Origin: Eledone cirrhosa | Taxonomy: Eukaryota | Direction: 5' to 3' | Assembly (NCBI GenBank): GCA_964016885.1 | Contig: OZ024744.1 | Span: forward strand, 37,076,001 to 37,140,000 | Length of the DNA: 64,000 nt | Part shown: positions 11,735-24,600 of the stretch, one piece after another | Numbering within the stretch: the stretch's first letter is position 1 | Layout: every line of letters begins with the position of its first letter | Translations under genes and position numbers: made by a program | The notes under the pieces: generated by a model | Told to the model about the DNA's origin: nothing | What the model saw: only the letters and a program-made list of their open reading frames with translations | Database searches by the model: none

Positions 11735-14020
11735 TTATTTATTAGCCATAAGGGCACAAAAGAAGGGGACAAATACAAATGGGGAGTTTACATACAGGTA
11801 TATAAAAATAAAACTATTAATAAAATAACAAATAACAATTGAAATCCCCAATAGGGGGGAGGCGTTACACAGGGGTTGTACACATCCCGAAAAAATGTAC
11901 AACCCTCATCTCCAGGAGCACCACGAGTTAGTACTCCCTACCTCACTTCCTCTTTTTCCTCAACCTACAGGCTTATATAGAGAGAAGGCCCAACTACTCG
12001 GACCATCTTTGCCACATTCACCCACCTTTTATAAAATTTGCTGGGGTAAGCATCTCTCTCTCCATCCTGATTCTTCTTCCAAAATAATATTTGAAAAAAC
12101 GAATCAGTTGTTCGCCGGAGAGAAAGGTGTACGACCTCAGCCCTTTTAACCTCGTCCACCATATAACCTCTTTCACCATAGCCATAACACATAGGAAAAC
12201 CGCCTGTCCTTCGTTTTTGAAGGAGGGTGGCGGTTTGATCATGAAAATGGACTCGGTGGTCACCCGCGACAAAAGTCGTTCTACATAGCCCCACAGGTCG
12301 GTAACTCCCGGGCAGTGACCAAATGCGTGCGCGAAAGTTTCCTCGTCGGGCACGCATCTAAGACAGATCTTTTTCGAAGGGTCCCTGTCCGGGCGCCCGT
12401 GTCTGTAGAGCTTGTCTCGAACTGGTACAGCTCCTCCGTAGCACTGCCAGGCCAGGGACTTTTGGAAGTTGTCAATCGGTCTCGGGCGGAAGGTCCTACC
12501 GAACAGACTGGCCAGTTCGTCCTCCTCTACGCCTAGAGTTTCTCCGAGCGCGTCGTCGCACTTGCTGCGGGCCAACCCACTATAGAATGACGAAGTGGAG
12601 TCTCCACTGATCGCCAGAGGACTGTGAGCGCCTGAGCAGATTCGATGTGCCAGTCGCCCATTTTCCTCGGGTTTTGCTTGACCCAGGACTGCAGTTCGGT
12701 CAGCGAGACGAGTCGTGGGAAGGCTTGCCTCACAAACCGGTTGTCCGGTGAGGAATACGTGGAGGTGCCGCAGCTTGAGCTCGTGTTTGCGCATCGTCAG
12801 CCACGACATCACCAGCCCTCCGTTTGAAGGGTGTTGGCATCAGATGGATCTTCTCACCAAAGGAGCCCGTTTCTTTCAAAGGAATTGGAAGAGCGCGCGC
12901 TCCATTTTGGTGTGCGTTCTGGCTGGACAGGTCAAGCGGTAGTATATGACGGACGCTATAAAAGTGTTCGCCACCTCCGCTCGACCCTTCAAGGATAGTT
13001 TGCACTCGGCCCACTTCTGGGTGAGCGCAAACACCTTGGCCGTCACATCGTTCCAGTTATTCTCCACCTGGAGCTCCGGACCAAACCAGACCCCAAGCAG
13101 CTTTACCGGTCCTTCCGTCCAGCGTCCGACGACGCCATCGGAAGGCATCGGTTTACCTCTCCACGTTCCGAGTTGCAAACCGGCGGATTTGTCACGGTTC
13201 AGCTTGGCTCCTGTGAATCTTTCGTATTCCTTCAGTAAGGTGCCGACCTCCCCGATTTGCGAGGTGCCCGACACCATTACTGTCACGCCGACGCCGCTTT
13301 TCGCAGTCCCGGTTCCAAATGGATGCCCTGCAATAGCTCCAGCTTCCGCAGTAGTGGCTTGAGAGTCAGTACGTACAGAAGGGAGGAGAGAGGGCATCCC
13401 TGTTGGATGGATCGCGTGATATGGAACGGCTCCGAGAGGTACCCGTTCACCTTGACCCTTGAGCAGATGTTGCTGTTGTGCATTGCGGCAATCCAGCCCT
13501 TGAACACGGGTCCGAAGCCTGCCGCCTCGAGCACTGCATCCAGGTAACGATGGTCAACCCTATCGAAAGTCTTAGACTTATCCAATTGATCAGGGCCCCA
13601 CCGAAGCCGGGTTTACACCCTACCCTCTCCACGATGTATCGCATGAAGTGGAGGTTGTCGTGTATGGACCTGGTCGGGATTGCGCATGTCTGCGTTTCTC
13701 CCACCATGTTTTCGACGAAAAGCGCCAGTCTCTTTGCCAAAATCTGTAACTCTGTATTTAGCAGAATTATGGGCCGGAAGTTGCCTATGTCATGCCCCTT
13801 ATTCTCGTCCTTCCTGACTAACGTGACTACGCTCTTGGTTACAGAACTGGGAATTCTCCCGTTGTTCTCTCAGTTTCAGTAGACCGCTTCCAGGAGACTG
13901 GAGAACTAGTCTGGCATTGCTACGTAACATTCGTAGGGTTGACCGTCGAGACCTGGAGATTTGCGTTTGCCGCATTGGCTCAGCGCGTCTCCTATCTCAG
14001 CGGCCGAAATCGGCCTGTGC
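11735..14020 (-). mobile_element. Tx1/L1-clade LINE T0: 5'-truncated, degenerate ORF2 (RT and C-terminal zinc finger) plus 3' UTR
   Basis: KSPGLDG, NFRPI, D.SK.FDRVDH, QGCPLS, GLQLGTWRG, LSLKGRAEVAN, CLRC...EETFAHAFGHC. The 3' terminal motif CCCTTATGGCTAATAAA (11738-11754) is shared with the array copies. Confidence 0.9.
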
Positions 14021-14371
14021 CAGAAAAGGATGATTTGTCATAGAAAGTTTTGTACCAAACAAAAGATAATGGTCAAGAAATGGGAGGAGAAGAAATAGTT
14101 CTGTTTCAGTGATTATGGCTGATGGAGTGTCAAAATTTAGATTTTCTATGGAAATAAATTGGATGTTTGTGTCGATAGTGGTGATGGTGGCAGCAGGGCA
14201 GAAAATAGAAATATATTTTTTATGTGTGTGCGGGTACGCGCGCGCGTGTGTGTGTGTGTGTGTGTGTGTGCGTGCGTGTGTGTGTGTGTAGCAAAGAGGT
14301 TTATCGTCTTGATTAAAGAACTAAAAATGATTCATTTAGTAGAAGTGGAGGAGGGTGTTATGTGTGTGTGT

Positions 14372-14520
14372 ACTAGACTGGTGCATTTTTAATCTACCTC
14401 GAAAGGACGAAAGGGAAATTTGACCTTGGTAGGATTTGAACTGAGAGAGCAAAGAGCCGGAACGAACACGGTAAAATAGCCTATCCGACATTCTCACGAC
14501 TCTGCCAATTCTCCGCCTCC
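14372..14520 (-). mobile_element. tRNA-derived SINE head and core (cephalopod-type)
   Basis: Minus strand: AGGCGGAGAATTGGCAGAGTCG (A box), AGTTCAAATCC (B box), then CCTTTCGTCCTTTCGAGGTAGATTAAA..ACCAGT, resembling the abundant Octopus SINE from memory. Confidence 0.7.
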
Positions 14521-16081
14521 TATTCGCAATATGGGCACCTAAAAATCCTCATGGAAGCATGAGCAATAAACTATCATGATATTCTCGATTGAGAAAGATT
14601 GCCGTAATAGATATGCCTGCACATAAAGCCGGTAACTCGTAGTAAGTTCTACATAATCTTTGCATATGCAAGTAAACTTCAAACAACATAAGATCAGTTG
14701 GCTTAGAAACTAAGTGTACCATATGTGCATAAGTGTGTATGTATGAGTATGTGTATGTGTGTATGTATGTATGTATGTATGTGTATGTGTATGTATGTGT
14801 ATATGTATGTATGTGTATGTGCATGTAAATGTGTGTGTGTGTAGTGTGTGTCTCTGTGTGTGTGTGTTTAAGCATATACATTCGCTTTCTTTTTACGTCA
14901 TTAATATTATAAGATTATCTAGATAACTAGCTTTTTTTTCCTTCTGTTTTTACATATTTGGGATCTATCTCTATGAATCTGGGTACTTACAAATTTCAAA
15001 GTAATCACACATGTATTAATAGTGTACAGTTTAGTTTCATATCTCGATCTATACGCCTCAGATGGGTGCTATTCCATCATATCTTCCAGTTTCAATTTCA
15101 ATTTATTTACATCTCTAAATTTCTTGACAAATGTATGCATGCTCATTCCTTTTCAAATTTCTATATTGTTCTATATGCTGTGCAACTGAATATATTCTGT
15201 GCAATAAAAGAAAATCAAATTAAAATAAACAAGCAAATACAATAAGTGAACGAAAATGCGATCAAGGATGAAAATAATTGACTAAACATTACAAAAACAA
15301 AGAAAAAGAAAACACTAGGAAGAAGTAAAATAAAAAGAAAGAAGGAAAAGTAGGTGAAAAAAATACGGGAGCGTAAACAAGAATAACACAAAGAAAGCAA
15401 TGAATGTAAGAATTCGCTCTAAGTTATTATTATGGAAACACATCACGACTAGTTTTGATTTGCAAGTCATATCTCAGAAACAGCTGTGCTTCTTTTGAAA
15501 TTCCATCCGGGGCGTACCTTTACTACAGCTTGGGCTACGGAAAATACACAGAAGAGGATAAAATGTAAAGAAGAAAGTGAGCCCCCGCCAAAACAAAATG
15601 AAAGACAGGATGAAAAAGAAGGTTGAAAATATATAGAGAAGGAAAATATCATACGGAGAATAAAAAATAAAAATAGTTAGCAAGGCAAAATAAAAAGATG
15701 TTGCCACCGACAAAGAAATCTGATCAAGAGAAACAAACGCGAAGATGAATAATATGGGACAAGATGAATTTAAAAATATATAGAAAAAATAATAAGAATA
15801 AGGGAACGAAGAATAACTAAGAGTGGAAGAAAAAAATTCATGCATTGGCAAATAATGAAATTAATAGCCAGAAGGTAGACGAAAGGAAAACAGACTGGTA
15901 AACAGAGAAATATAGTGCAACGTGGCACTGCCATATTGCAGGTTGTAGATAACAAAGCTAGCTAGGTACATAAATATGCAGGTGTGTATTAAATCCCAGG
16001 AAGACCCGGACGAAATTAATACTTATTGAGTACTCATTTAAATGGGATTTACTTAATTTTTCTTCTAAAATAGACCCCCCT

Positions 16082-16125
<44 letters not shown>

Positions 16126-16477
16126 GTGCCCACCTACATATATTCCTACGGACTATGTGTAGGCTTCTACATAACCTGGACATTATTTTCCCAATTTGTA
16201 GAAAACTTATAATGAAACGATCGTTTTGAAAGACAGATGTATTTTAATTATGTCTCATATAAAATAATACAACTGGTTATCCGCAAAATACGTATAGTTA
16301 GCACCCCAAACGTATAATTGGGATTAACCTAAGGTGTATCCTAATGTTTGTTGAGTGAGACGGAAGCCGGTCGGAGTATTGCTTAAAGCTTTCTCTGTTA
16401 ATGTATTAAATATATATATATATATATTGGAAAATGTGTTAATCCCTAACATGTCAGGGTATGTCATGTATCATTTT

Positions 16478-16542
16478 ATTTTATCTGATGAGGGCGTACT
16501 GTTGAACTTGATTCGGAACCTCTGAAATATGTATAATAAAAT
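16478..16542 (+). ncRNA. Hammerhead ribozyme motif upstream of a Penelope-like ORF
   Basis: Perfect stem I ATTTTAT/ATAAAAT, CTGATGA 16485-91, GAAA 16524-27, triplet ATA 16533-35. Stem II is weak. Confidence 0.55.
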
Positions 16543-16598
16543 GTAATTGATCACAAGAATATCTATTTTGTTAATATTTGAATTAATATATATATATA

Positions 16599-16629
<31 letters not shown>

Positions 16630-16659
16630 GGGGGTGGGGGGGTTATCTTATTTTAGAAG

Positions 16660-18640
16660 GAAAAATAAAGTAAATCACATTTAAACACAGTACACAGACA
16701 CAGAGAAACAAGATGACACAAGACATACAGGAGAGACCAAATGTAATAAAAGTCATAAATTTAGCCACTAAAAAACTAACAACAGACCAAATTAACATAT
16801 ACTCCAAAGGGTTGAAATTTACACCGGCCCCCACCAACGTCCCAACTACTCCGAAATTAAAGAAGACATTACAGAATTCTGTAGAAAATTAACTTGAGAG
16901 GAACTATACAAGCAGGATAATAAGGACAAATCATTAGCTAGAAATAGAAGTAACTACATCCCGTCAAAAGGTAAAAATAAAATTCTCGACCAATTCTGCT
17001 AACACATTACAAATTACCGATATCAACACCTACACAGACATAGACACAAACCGTACGTCAACAAGAAAGTATTAAAGAATGATAAAACTATAACAATAAA
17101 AGAGGCGGAAAAGGGGGAGTGCGGTAGTCCTAATGGAGACGAAATATTATACAACCCTAGTACTCTCATCTTTAGAAGACGAAGAATACTACGAAAAGGC
17201 TCAACACTACAGTCAACAGAAAATGATGAGAAACCTAAAAACTCTGATAACCCTTTACGCAGAAGAACTTACTGACACGGAATATAACTATATCATTGAC
17301 TTCAAAAGCAAAGCCTTTTCTACGGTATTCCTAAAGGTGAAAAAATATGTTAGGCATGTAGGGGAGTCACAGATATATTCATCAATTTCCCTTCACCTAA
17401 TAAGCTCAAATTAAGACCTTTAATAGCAGGCCCCACTTGCGAAACTCACCGCCCCAACAACTTCCTGGATACCCTATTAAAACCATTCCTTAAACACATT
17501 AAAAGCTATATAAGTGACGACCTTATACTACTAGTGTCTTTTGATGTAGTCAGCCTACATTCTAATATCCCTCACAACCTAGGAATAGAAGCAATCCAAT
17601 TCTGGCTAGAAAATTACTCCAATGAACTCCCACACCTCATCAAAAAAGAATTCGTAATAGAAGGGTTCAAATTTATCTTGGAGAATAACTACTTCCTATT
17701 CAATAACAAATTTTATAGACAGAAATCTGACTCTACGACGGGCACGAAAACGGCCCCTCTTATGCCAACCTAGTCATGGGGTTCCTGGAAATCACCCTTT
17801 ACCGTAAAGTACTACATAAATACGGAAACTACTTCTACCTGCACATAGAAAAAAACTGGAAGACATATCTAGATGATAATTTCATCCTCTGGCATGAAAG
17901 TATGGAAAGACTTAAAGAATTTAAAGCACTTCTAAATGGACTCAACACAACCATACGATTTACAATGGAATACAGCCATCCACACATTTCTTTCCTCGAT
18001 ATCCTTATTAAAAAACTAACAACAAAATAGTAACAGACATATATATAAGCCCACAGACTCCAAGCAATATCTTCTATTCAACTAATGACACCCGAGACAC
18101 ACCAAAATGAATATTCCTTATAACCTAGCCAAAAGGATTTGTACAATAGTATCTGATAGAAACACCTGTTACATACGACTAGAAGAATTAAAGGATACAC
18201 TCATCAGCAGGAATTACCCACCATCCCTAATTAACAATGGATTCCAACGTGCCCTAAAACTCAGTAACCAGGAACTTAGACACCCAAAACTAAAGAATGA
18301 ATCGAAACTGAAATCTCTACCATACATCTCCGCACCAACCCCCTTAACAACGAGGCCTTCAACACCATCCTCCAGAACATACCTTTACTAAAAAGGGATC
18401 ATAGAATGACCCATATCCTTGAAACGCACAACATCATAACGAGCAAAAGGCAACCCAAGTCAATGAAAAATATCCTAACACAGGCCGAAGTCCAGTCGAC
18501 CACTACAACATAAACAAACAGTAAAAAAAATGTGGAAGACCCAACTGTGGTATATGTATCAACCTAATAGAAGGATCGGAGTTCTGCTTCAAACAGAGCT
18601 TTGCGGTGAAAAACAATTTCACATGTGCATCCGAAAACCT
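16660..18640 (+). mobile_element. Degenerate Neptune-type Penelope-like element (RT, thumb, Cys linker; GIY-YIG missing)
   Basis: SKGLKFTP, IKEAEKG..VV.M, LRPLIAGP.CETHR, LVSFDVVSL.SNIPH, WKTYLDDNFILW, ISFLDI, KPTDSKQYL, NIPYNLAKRI, CGRPNCGIC...FTC.SENL; many stops and frameshifts. Confidence 0.85.
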
Positions 18641-18816
18641 TCTTCTTCTTCTTCTTCTTCTTCTTCTTCTACTACTACTACTACTACTACTGCAATTGAA
18701 GTCACCAGCCAATCAGACAATAACAGGGGAGACGCTAATTTCTATTCTAGCTGCTACTACCACAAAACCACCAAGGAAGATAGAGAGAGAGATAGAGAGA
18801 GACAGAGGGGGCGAGC

Positions 18817-18872
<56 letters not shown>
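18639..18872. repeat. Compound (CTT)n(CTA)n tract and a (GA)n tract
   Basis: Directly visible at 18639-18691 and ~18780-18872. Confidence 0.95.
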
Positions 18873-18875
<3 letters not shown>

Positions 18876-18984
18876 TGTGAATTTTTATATTTTTATATAT
18901 ATGTAAACTATGATCGCTAATATCTTCTAATTAATATACACGTTAATTCTATTTTATACGTATTGTGCGTGTAAAAATGTTTAT

Positions 18985-20107
18985 TATAAGAAAAGAAGAA
19001 GAAAAAGACATAGAAACATATATATATATAAACAATAAAAATGACAATTGAAACAATGACAAATTCCTCAATAGGGGGGAAACCTCTGAGGGTTACTCGT
19101 GGCGAAAACCACACAAAAGAGCACGGCCACCCTGGCTACCAGGGCAAGCGCCCTCTCTCAATTTTTCCATTTCTCAAACTACAGACGTATATTCAGAGCG
19201 GTCCCGTTCACTCGGACCATTCTCGCTACATACACCCACCTTTCAACAAACTTGCTAGGAGTCACCCTGATTTTCCTCTTCAAGTGAAACTTGAAAATGT
19301 TAATTAGGGATTCGCCGAAGAGGAAAGTGTCTGTCTTTAACCCTTTCAACCTTGTCCACCACACAATCTCTTTCGCCATGGCCACCAGGCAGATGAAAAC
19401 CGCCTGCTCTTCCTCCACGAAGGAAGACGGCGAGACCATCTGCACAATGGACTCAGTCGATAACCGGATCAGTCCTACACGCGACAGCAACTGTTCGACA
19501 TAGCTTCACAAGTCAGCAATGCTTGGGCACTGAACGAATGCGTGCACGACGGTTTCGTCGCTCTGCGCGCATCTCGGCTGACGGCCCTTCCGTGCTTGTA
19601 GAGCTTATCTCGAACCGGCAACGCTCCCCGATAGCACTGTCAGACCAGGGATTTTTGGAAGTTATCCATAGGCCCCGGGCTGAAAGTTCTCCGAAAAAGA
19701 GCAAACAGCTGATCTTCTTCGACGCCCAGGATCTCTCCGAGAACGTCGTCATTCTTCCCCTCTACTAGTCCGCTATAGAACGCCGAGGTGGATGTTCCAC
19801 CGATGTCAGTGTCCAGTTGAGCGCCTGGAGACATTCCAAGCGCTATCCCTCGGGCTTTTCCTGACCAAGGACAGCAGCGTCAAGGAGACGAGCTGTGGTA
19901 AAACGTGCCTGGAGAACGGCGACCACACCTGTTCACCGTCAAGGAAGCACCAGAGATGTCGCAGCCTCAGCGCATGATTGCGCATCATCAGCCATGGCAT
20001 GCCTAGACCTCCACGCAAAGAGTGTTGACAGCAGATGAACGTCTGACCATGGGAGAGCGTCCTTTCCACAAAAAGCGGAAGAGGAGGCGCTCCATTTTTG
20101 TGAGAAT
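18985..20107 (-). mobile_element. Tx1 copy T1, 5'-truncated 3' fragment
   Basis: ORF2 C-terminus (GGLGMPWLMMR, DNFQKSL, KEIVWWTRLKGL, stop at 19179). The truncated 5' end abuts (AAT)n at 20110. Confidence 0.85.
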
Positions 20108-20109
20108 TT

Positions 20110-20135
20110 ATAATAATAATAATAATAATAATAAT
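20110..20135 (+). repeat. (AAT)n spacer 1
   Basis: Direct. Confidence 0.95.
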
Positions 20136-21632
20136 GTTTTCCGTATTAACCACAAGGGTTTACATAAAGTAGACATTAAGGACAGTACAGGACAATACAG
20201 GACGGTACAAATGGGCATTTCTGCGTGTAAAAAAAACAAGAAACAGAGGATGTAATAAAATAACAAAGAAAAATTCCTCCATAGGGGGGAGAATTCCGAG
20301 GGACATTTGTGGAGAAAGCCCATTAAAAGACCACAGTGACCCTAACCACCAGGGCAAGTGCCCTCTCCCAGTTTTCCATCTTTAATTTACAGACACATAC
20401 TCAGAGAAGGCCCATTCACTCGGGCCATACTTGCTTCTCTCACCCATCTTTCAACAAAATGCTGGGAAGAGAGCACCTCCCTCTCTACCCTGATTTTCCT
20501 TTTCAAATGAAATTTGAAAAAGTTAATCAGGGCATCACCGAAGAGGTAAGTGCCCGTCTTCAGCCATTTCAAACGTGTCCACCATACTATCTCTTTCGCC
20601 ATGGCCACCAGACAGATAAAAACTGCCTGCCCTTCCCGGCTAAAGTAAGAGGGCGGGGCAATCCTCACGATGAACTCAGTTGATAGCTGGATCCGTCCTA
20701 CACGTGACAGCAGGTGTTCGACATAAACCCACAAGTAAGCAATGCTCGGACACTGGACGAGTGCGTGGAGGACGGTTTCTTCGCTCTGTGCGCATCTCGG
20801 ACATGCCCGGCTGACGGCACCTCCATGCCTGTAGAGTTTATCCCGAACTGGCAAAGCTCCCCGGTAGCACTGCCAGGCCAGGGATTTCTGGAAGTTGTCC
20901 ATAGGCTCCGGCCCGAAAGTTCTTCCGAAGAGATTGACTAGTTGATTTTCGTCGACGCCTAGAGTTTCTCCAAGTACGTCGTCGCTTTTCCCCTCCACTA
21001 ATCCTCTATAGAACGCCAAGGTGGAGTTTCCACCGATTACATTGCCCGATTGGTCTTCGCTTGACCCAGGACTGCAGCTCCGTCAAGGAGACGATCTGGG
21101 GAAAGACGTGTCTAGCAAACGGCGACCACACCTGATCACCGTCGAGGAAGAGGTGGAGATGTCGTAGCCTGAACGCGTGTCTGCGCATCATCAGTCACGG
21201 CATGCCCAGCCCTCCACGTAGCGGGTGTTGACAGCCGATGGACCGCCTGACCATCGGAGCACGTCCCTTCCACAAAAAAACCGAAAGAGCAAACGCTCCA
21301 GCGCAGTCAGGCGGGGCTTAGGATAAGGTACGACGGTCAGGCGGTAGTAGATGACGGACGCGATGTACGCGTTAGCCACCTCCGCTCGACCTTTCAGGGA
21401 TAGCTTCCTCTCGGCCCATTTCTGGGTGAGAGAAGCCACCCTGCTCGTCACCTCGTCCCAGTTTTTGTCCGTCTGGAGGTCTGGACCGAACCAGACCCCT
21501 AGCAATTTAACCGGTCCGTCCGTCCAGCGCCCGACGACGCTGTTGGACGGCATGGACCTGCCTCTCCAAGTGCCGAGCTGCAGGCCCACTGACTTTTCCT
21601 GGTTGATCATTGCTCCTGTCACCGCTTCGTAC
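20136..21632 (-). mobile_element. Tx1 copy T2 (family A), 3' 1.5 kb
   Basis: ORFs 21191..21634 and 20387..21019 (CPRC....ETVLHALVQC). The 3' UTR is closely similar to 26614-26880. Confidence 0.9.
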
Positions 21633-21650
21633 ACCGATCGAAATTATCGA

Positions 21651-24600
21651 TCAGTCAAAGAAACGAGCTGCGGAAAGGCCCGTCTGACAAACGGGGACCA
21701 CACCTGTTCACCGTTTAGGCAGAATATCTGGAGATGCCGCAGCCCCAGCGCGTGCCTGCGCATCATTAGCCACGGCATGCCCAGCCTTCTACGTAGAGGG
21801 TGCTGGCAGCACATGGACCGCCTCACCAGCGGAACCTGACCCCTCCACAAGAATTTGAAGAGGAGCCGCTCCAAGATGGCGAGGCGCGAACGGGAGCAAG
21901 GGACGACGGTCAGACGGTAGTAGATGACGGACGCGATGTACGCATTCGCCACCTCTGCACGACCTTTCAGCGATAGCTTCATCCCAGCACATTTCTGGGT
22001 GAGACAGGCTAGCCTGCCCGTCACCTCATCCCAATTCTTATCCACCTGGAGGTCTGGCCCGAACCAAACCCCTAGCAACTTTACCGGTCCGTCCATCCAG
22101 CGCCTAACGACGCTGTTGGACGGCATGGACTTGCCTCTCACGGCGCCGAGTTGCAAGCCCACAGACTTTTCCGGGTTAATTTTGCTCCCGTCAACCTTTC
22201 ATATTCCTCCAATAAGTTGCCAACCACCTCGATTTCTAAGGTTTCCGGCACCATCATGGTGATGTCGTCCGCATAAGCCGACACAGCCATTCTACGTCCC
22301 CGTTCGAGCGGGATACCCTGAACAGCTCCAGCTTCCGCAGTAAAGTCGCGAGAGTCAATACGTACAGAAGGCAGGAGTGAGGGCACCCTTGACGGACCGA
22401 TCGGGAGACCTGAAACGGTTCCGAGAGGTGGCCATTGATTTTGAACATCGAGCAGGTACCGCTGTGTATTGCAGGGATCCAGCTTCTGAAGACAAGGCCG
22501 AAGCCAGCCGCCTTGAGGACAGCCTCCGGGTACCGGTGGTCGACCCTATCGAATGCTTTCGATTGATCTAAATTGATCAGAGCCCCACCGAAGCCAGGTT
22601 TACACCCTACCCTCTCTATGATATATCGCATTAGGTGGAGATTGTCGTGTATGGACCTGGTTGGGATTGCGCAAATTTGCGCCACCGCAACCAAATCCCC
22701 ACGAAATCGCCAACCTCTTCGCTAACACCCTGGCCAAAATCTTAAACTCTGTGTAGAACAAGGTTATGGGCCTGACATTGTCTAATGTGTCCCTCTTGTT
22801 CTCGTATTTCCTTATGAGCGTCACTACGCCCCGGCTCACAGAACTGGGAATACTCCCATTTTGCTGCCAGTTGCAGTAGAAGGCTTCGAGGAGATTGGAG
22901 AACAAGTCTGGCATATTTACGTAAAGCTCGTAGGGCAGACCATCCAAACCGGGTGACTTGCGCCTCATGCAGTCGACAAGGGCATCCTGAATCTCGGCTG
23001 AAGTAATTGGGTTTCGCAGCGCCCAGCGTCAGCCGTCAGGAGTTGCGGCAAGCCATCGAGGTAGGGACTGAAGTCCGGCCAACATCTCTGACCCGCCACC
23101 TCCCCCGAACAACCGAGCAAAATGTTGGCGAAAGGCCTCACACATCCGCTTGGAATCGCTCAGCTCTTGTCCGTCTCGGTCCATCAAAGACCGAATCGTG
23201 GTTTTATTACCACGCTGCGCCTCTGCCACGCGGGCCCATCGAACACCTTTGGTTCCCTCGTTTCTCAGAGCACGCGCCTTAGCTCTGACAATGCAACCTT
23301 CGTGTTTTGCATTGAAGAAATGGTCTAATGCCATTCTCGCCGTTAGCACGTCAGTTGCAATGCCACTACCAATAGCCTCATCTAACTTATCTACCAAATC
23401 CCCCGCCTTTCTATTTTTCTCTAACGCTACTACTTTGCTAAACTCTATCGACATTACTCTAATCTCTCTTTTGAGATCCTCCTACCATCTATTGTTGACG
23501 ACTCCTCCTGTTAACTTTTTCTTAACAAAATTGTTGACCTGGTCCCTGTAAGCCTCACGTGCCGGAAATGACATGTTTAGCTTCCAGTAACCAGGTCCTA
23601 ACCTACGCGTCTTATCTAGGTCGACCATACATATCACAAACTTGTGATCTGAATAGGCGACCGTTTCAAAACGTGGGCAGCTTACACTATTTCTGTCTAT
23701 TTTCCTAATGAATATCCTGTCTATATACGATTTAGATGACCCTATGCGTTTAGCCCAGGTTCACACTGGCGCATTAGGGAAATCTAGTCGGTACCTGTCA
23801 GACAGTTGGAACTGGCTGATCAGATTCTTGAGGCTTTTGTACACCCCGCTCCTATCGGATACTCCCACACAGTCCCAGCGTGCGTCTAAGATTCCGTTCC
23901 AGTCTCCCGCTAACAGTAAAGGGCGAGACGTACCCAGAAAGTATTCTAAGCGTCTAAAGAAGTCCAGCCGTCCTGCCCCAGTAGGAGCATAGACGGCCAC
24001 CAGTCTAAAGACACCACCTTCGTTATTGTTCACGTCCAGGACCACCAACTTCCCGTCCGGGTCCCAGAAGATCGATCTTTCCTCGAGATCCAGGCCTTTC
24101 CTAAACAGCACTGCTACCCCGCCTCCCATTCCCGATCGGCTAACAGATGCAAAGATCTGATAGTCGTCGAAAATGGGGGCTAGTGCGCGCGTGTCGGAAA
24201 TCCTGGTCTCGCTGTCTGCAATTACATCCATTTCTATAGACCTGAGGTCGTTGAGCAGGTGACCCTGCTTCCAGGACGATCCCAGGCCTCGAACATTTAA
24301 CACATCCTACTCTTAATACGGCCATGTTGGCAGGTTCAACAGAGAGAGAGGAAGGTTTACTTACCTTCCGGGCTCTTGTGAAGGTCGAGTTGTTCGACCT
24401 CCATGGTTGGTGGGGTTTCTTTAAACGTCTTTAAAGTCGGTTTAACGTTCGGGGTTCCCACGTCCCGAGGAAAGCTGTCTCGGATTTTTTTTGAATATCC
24501 TGAGCGACATTCGCACCAGAACCAAATCTTCCGGCACGCGAAATTTGCTCGATTTAAAAATTTCCCCCACTTTTTTTATATTTTCAATTCGTGGTACGAG

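Noticed and set aside
15200-15960. Phe/Leu/Ser-rich minus-strand ORFs as membrane proteins
   Set aside because: They are a by-product of a purine-rich low-complexity tract.
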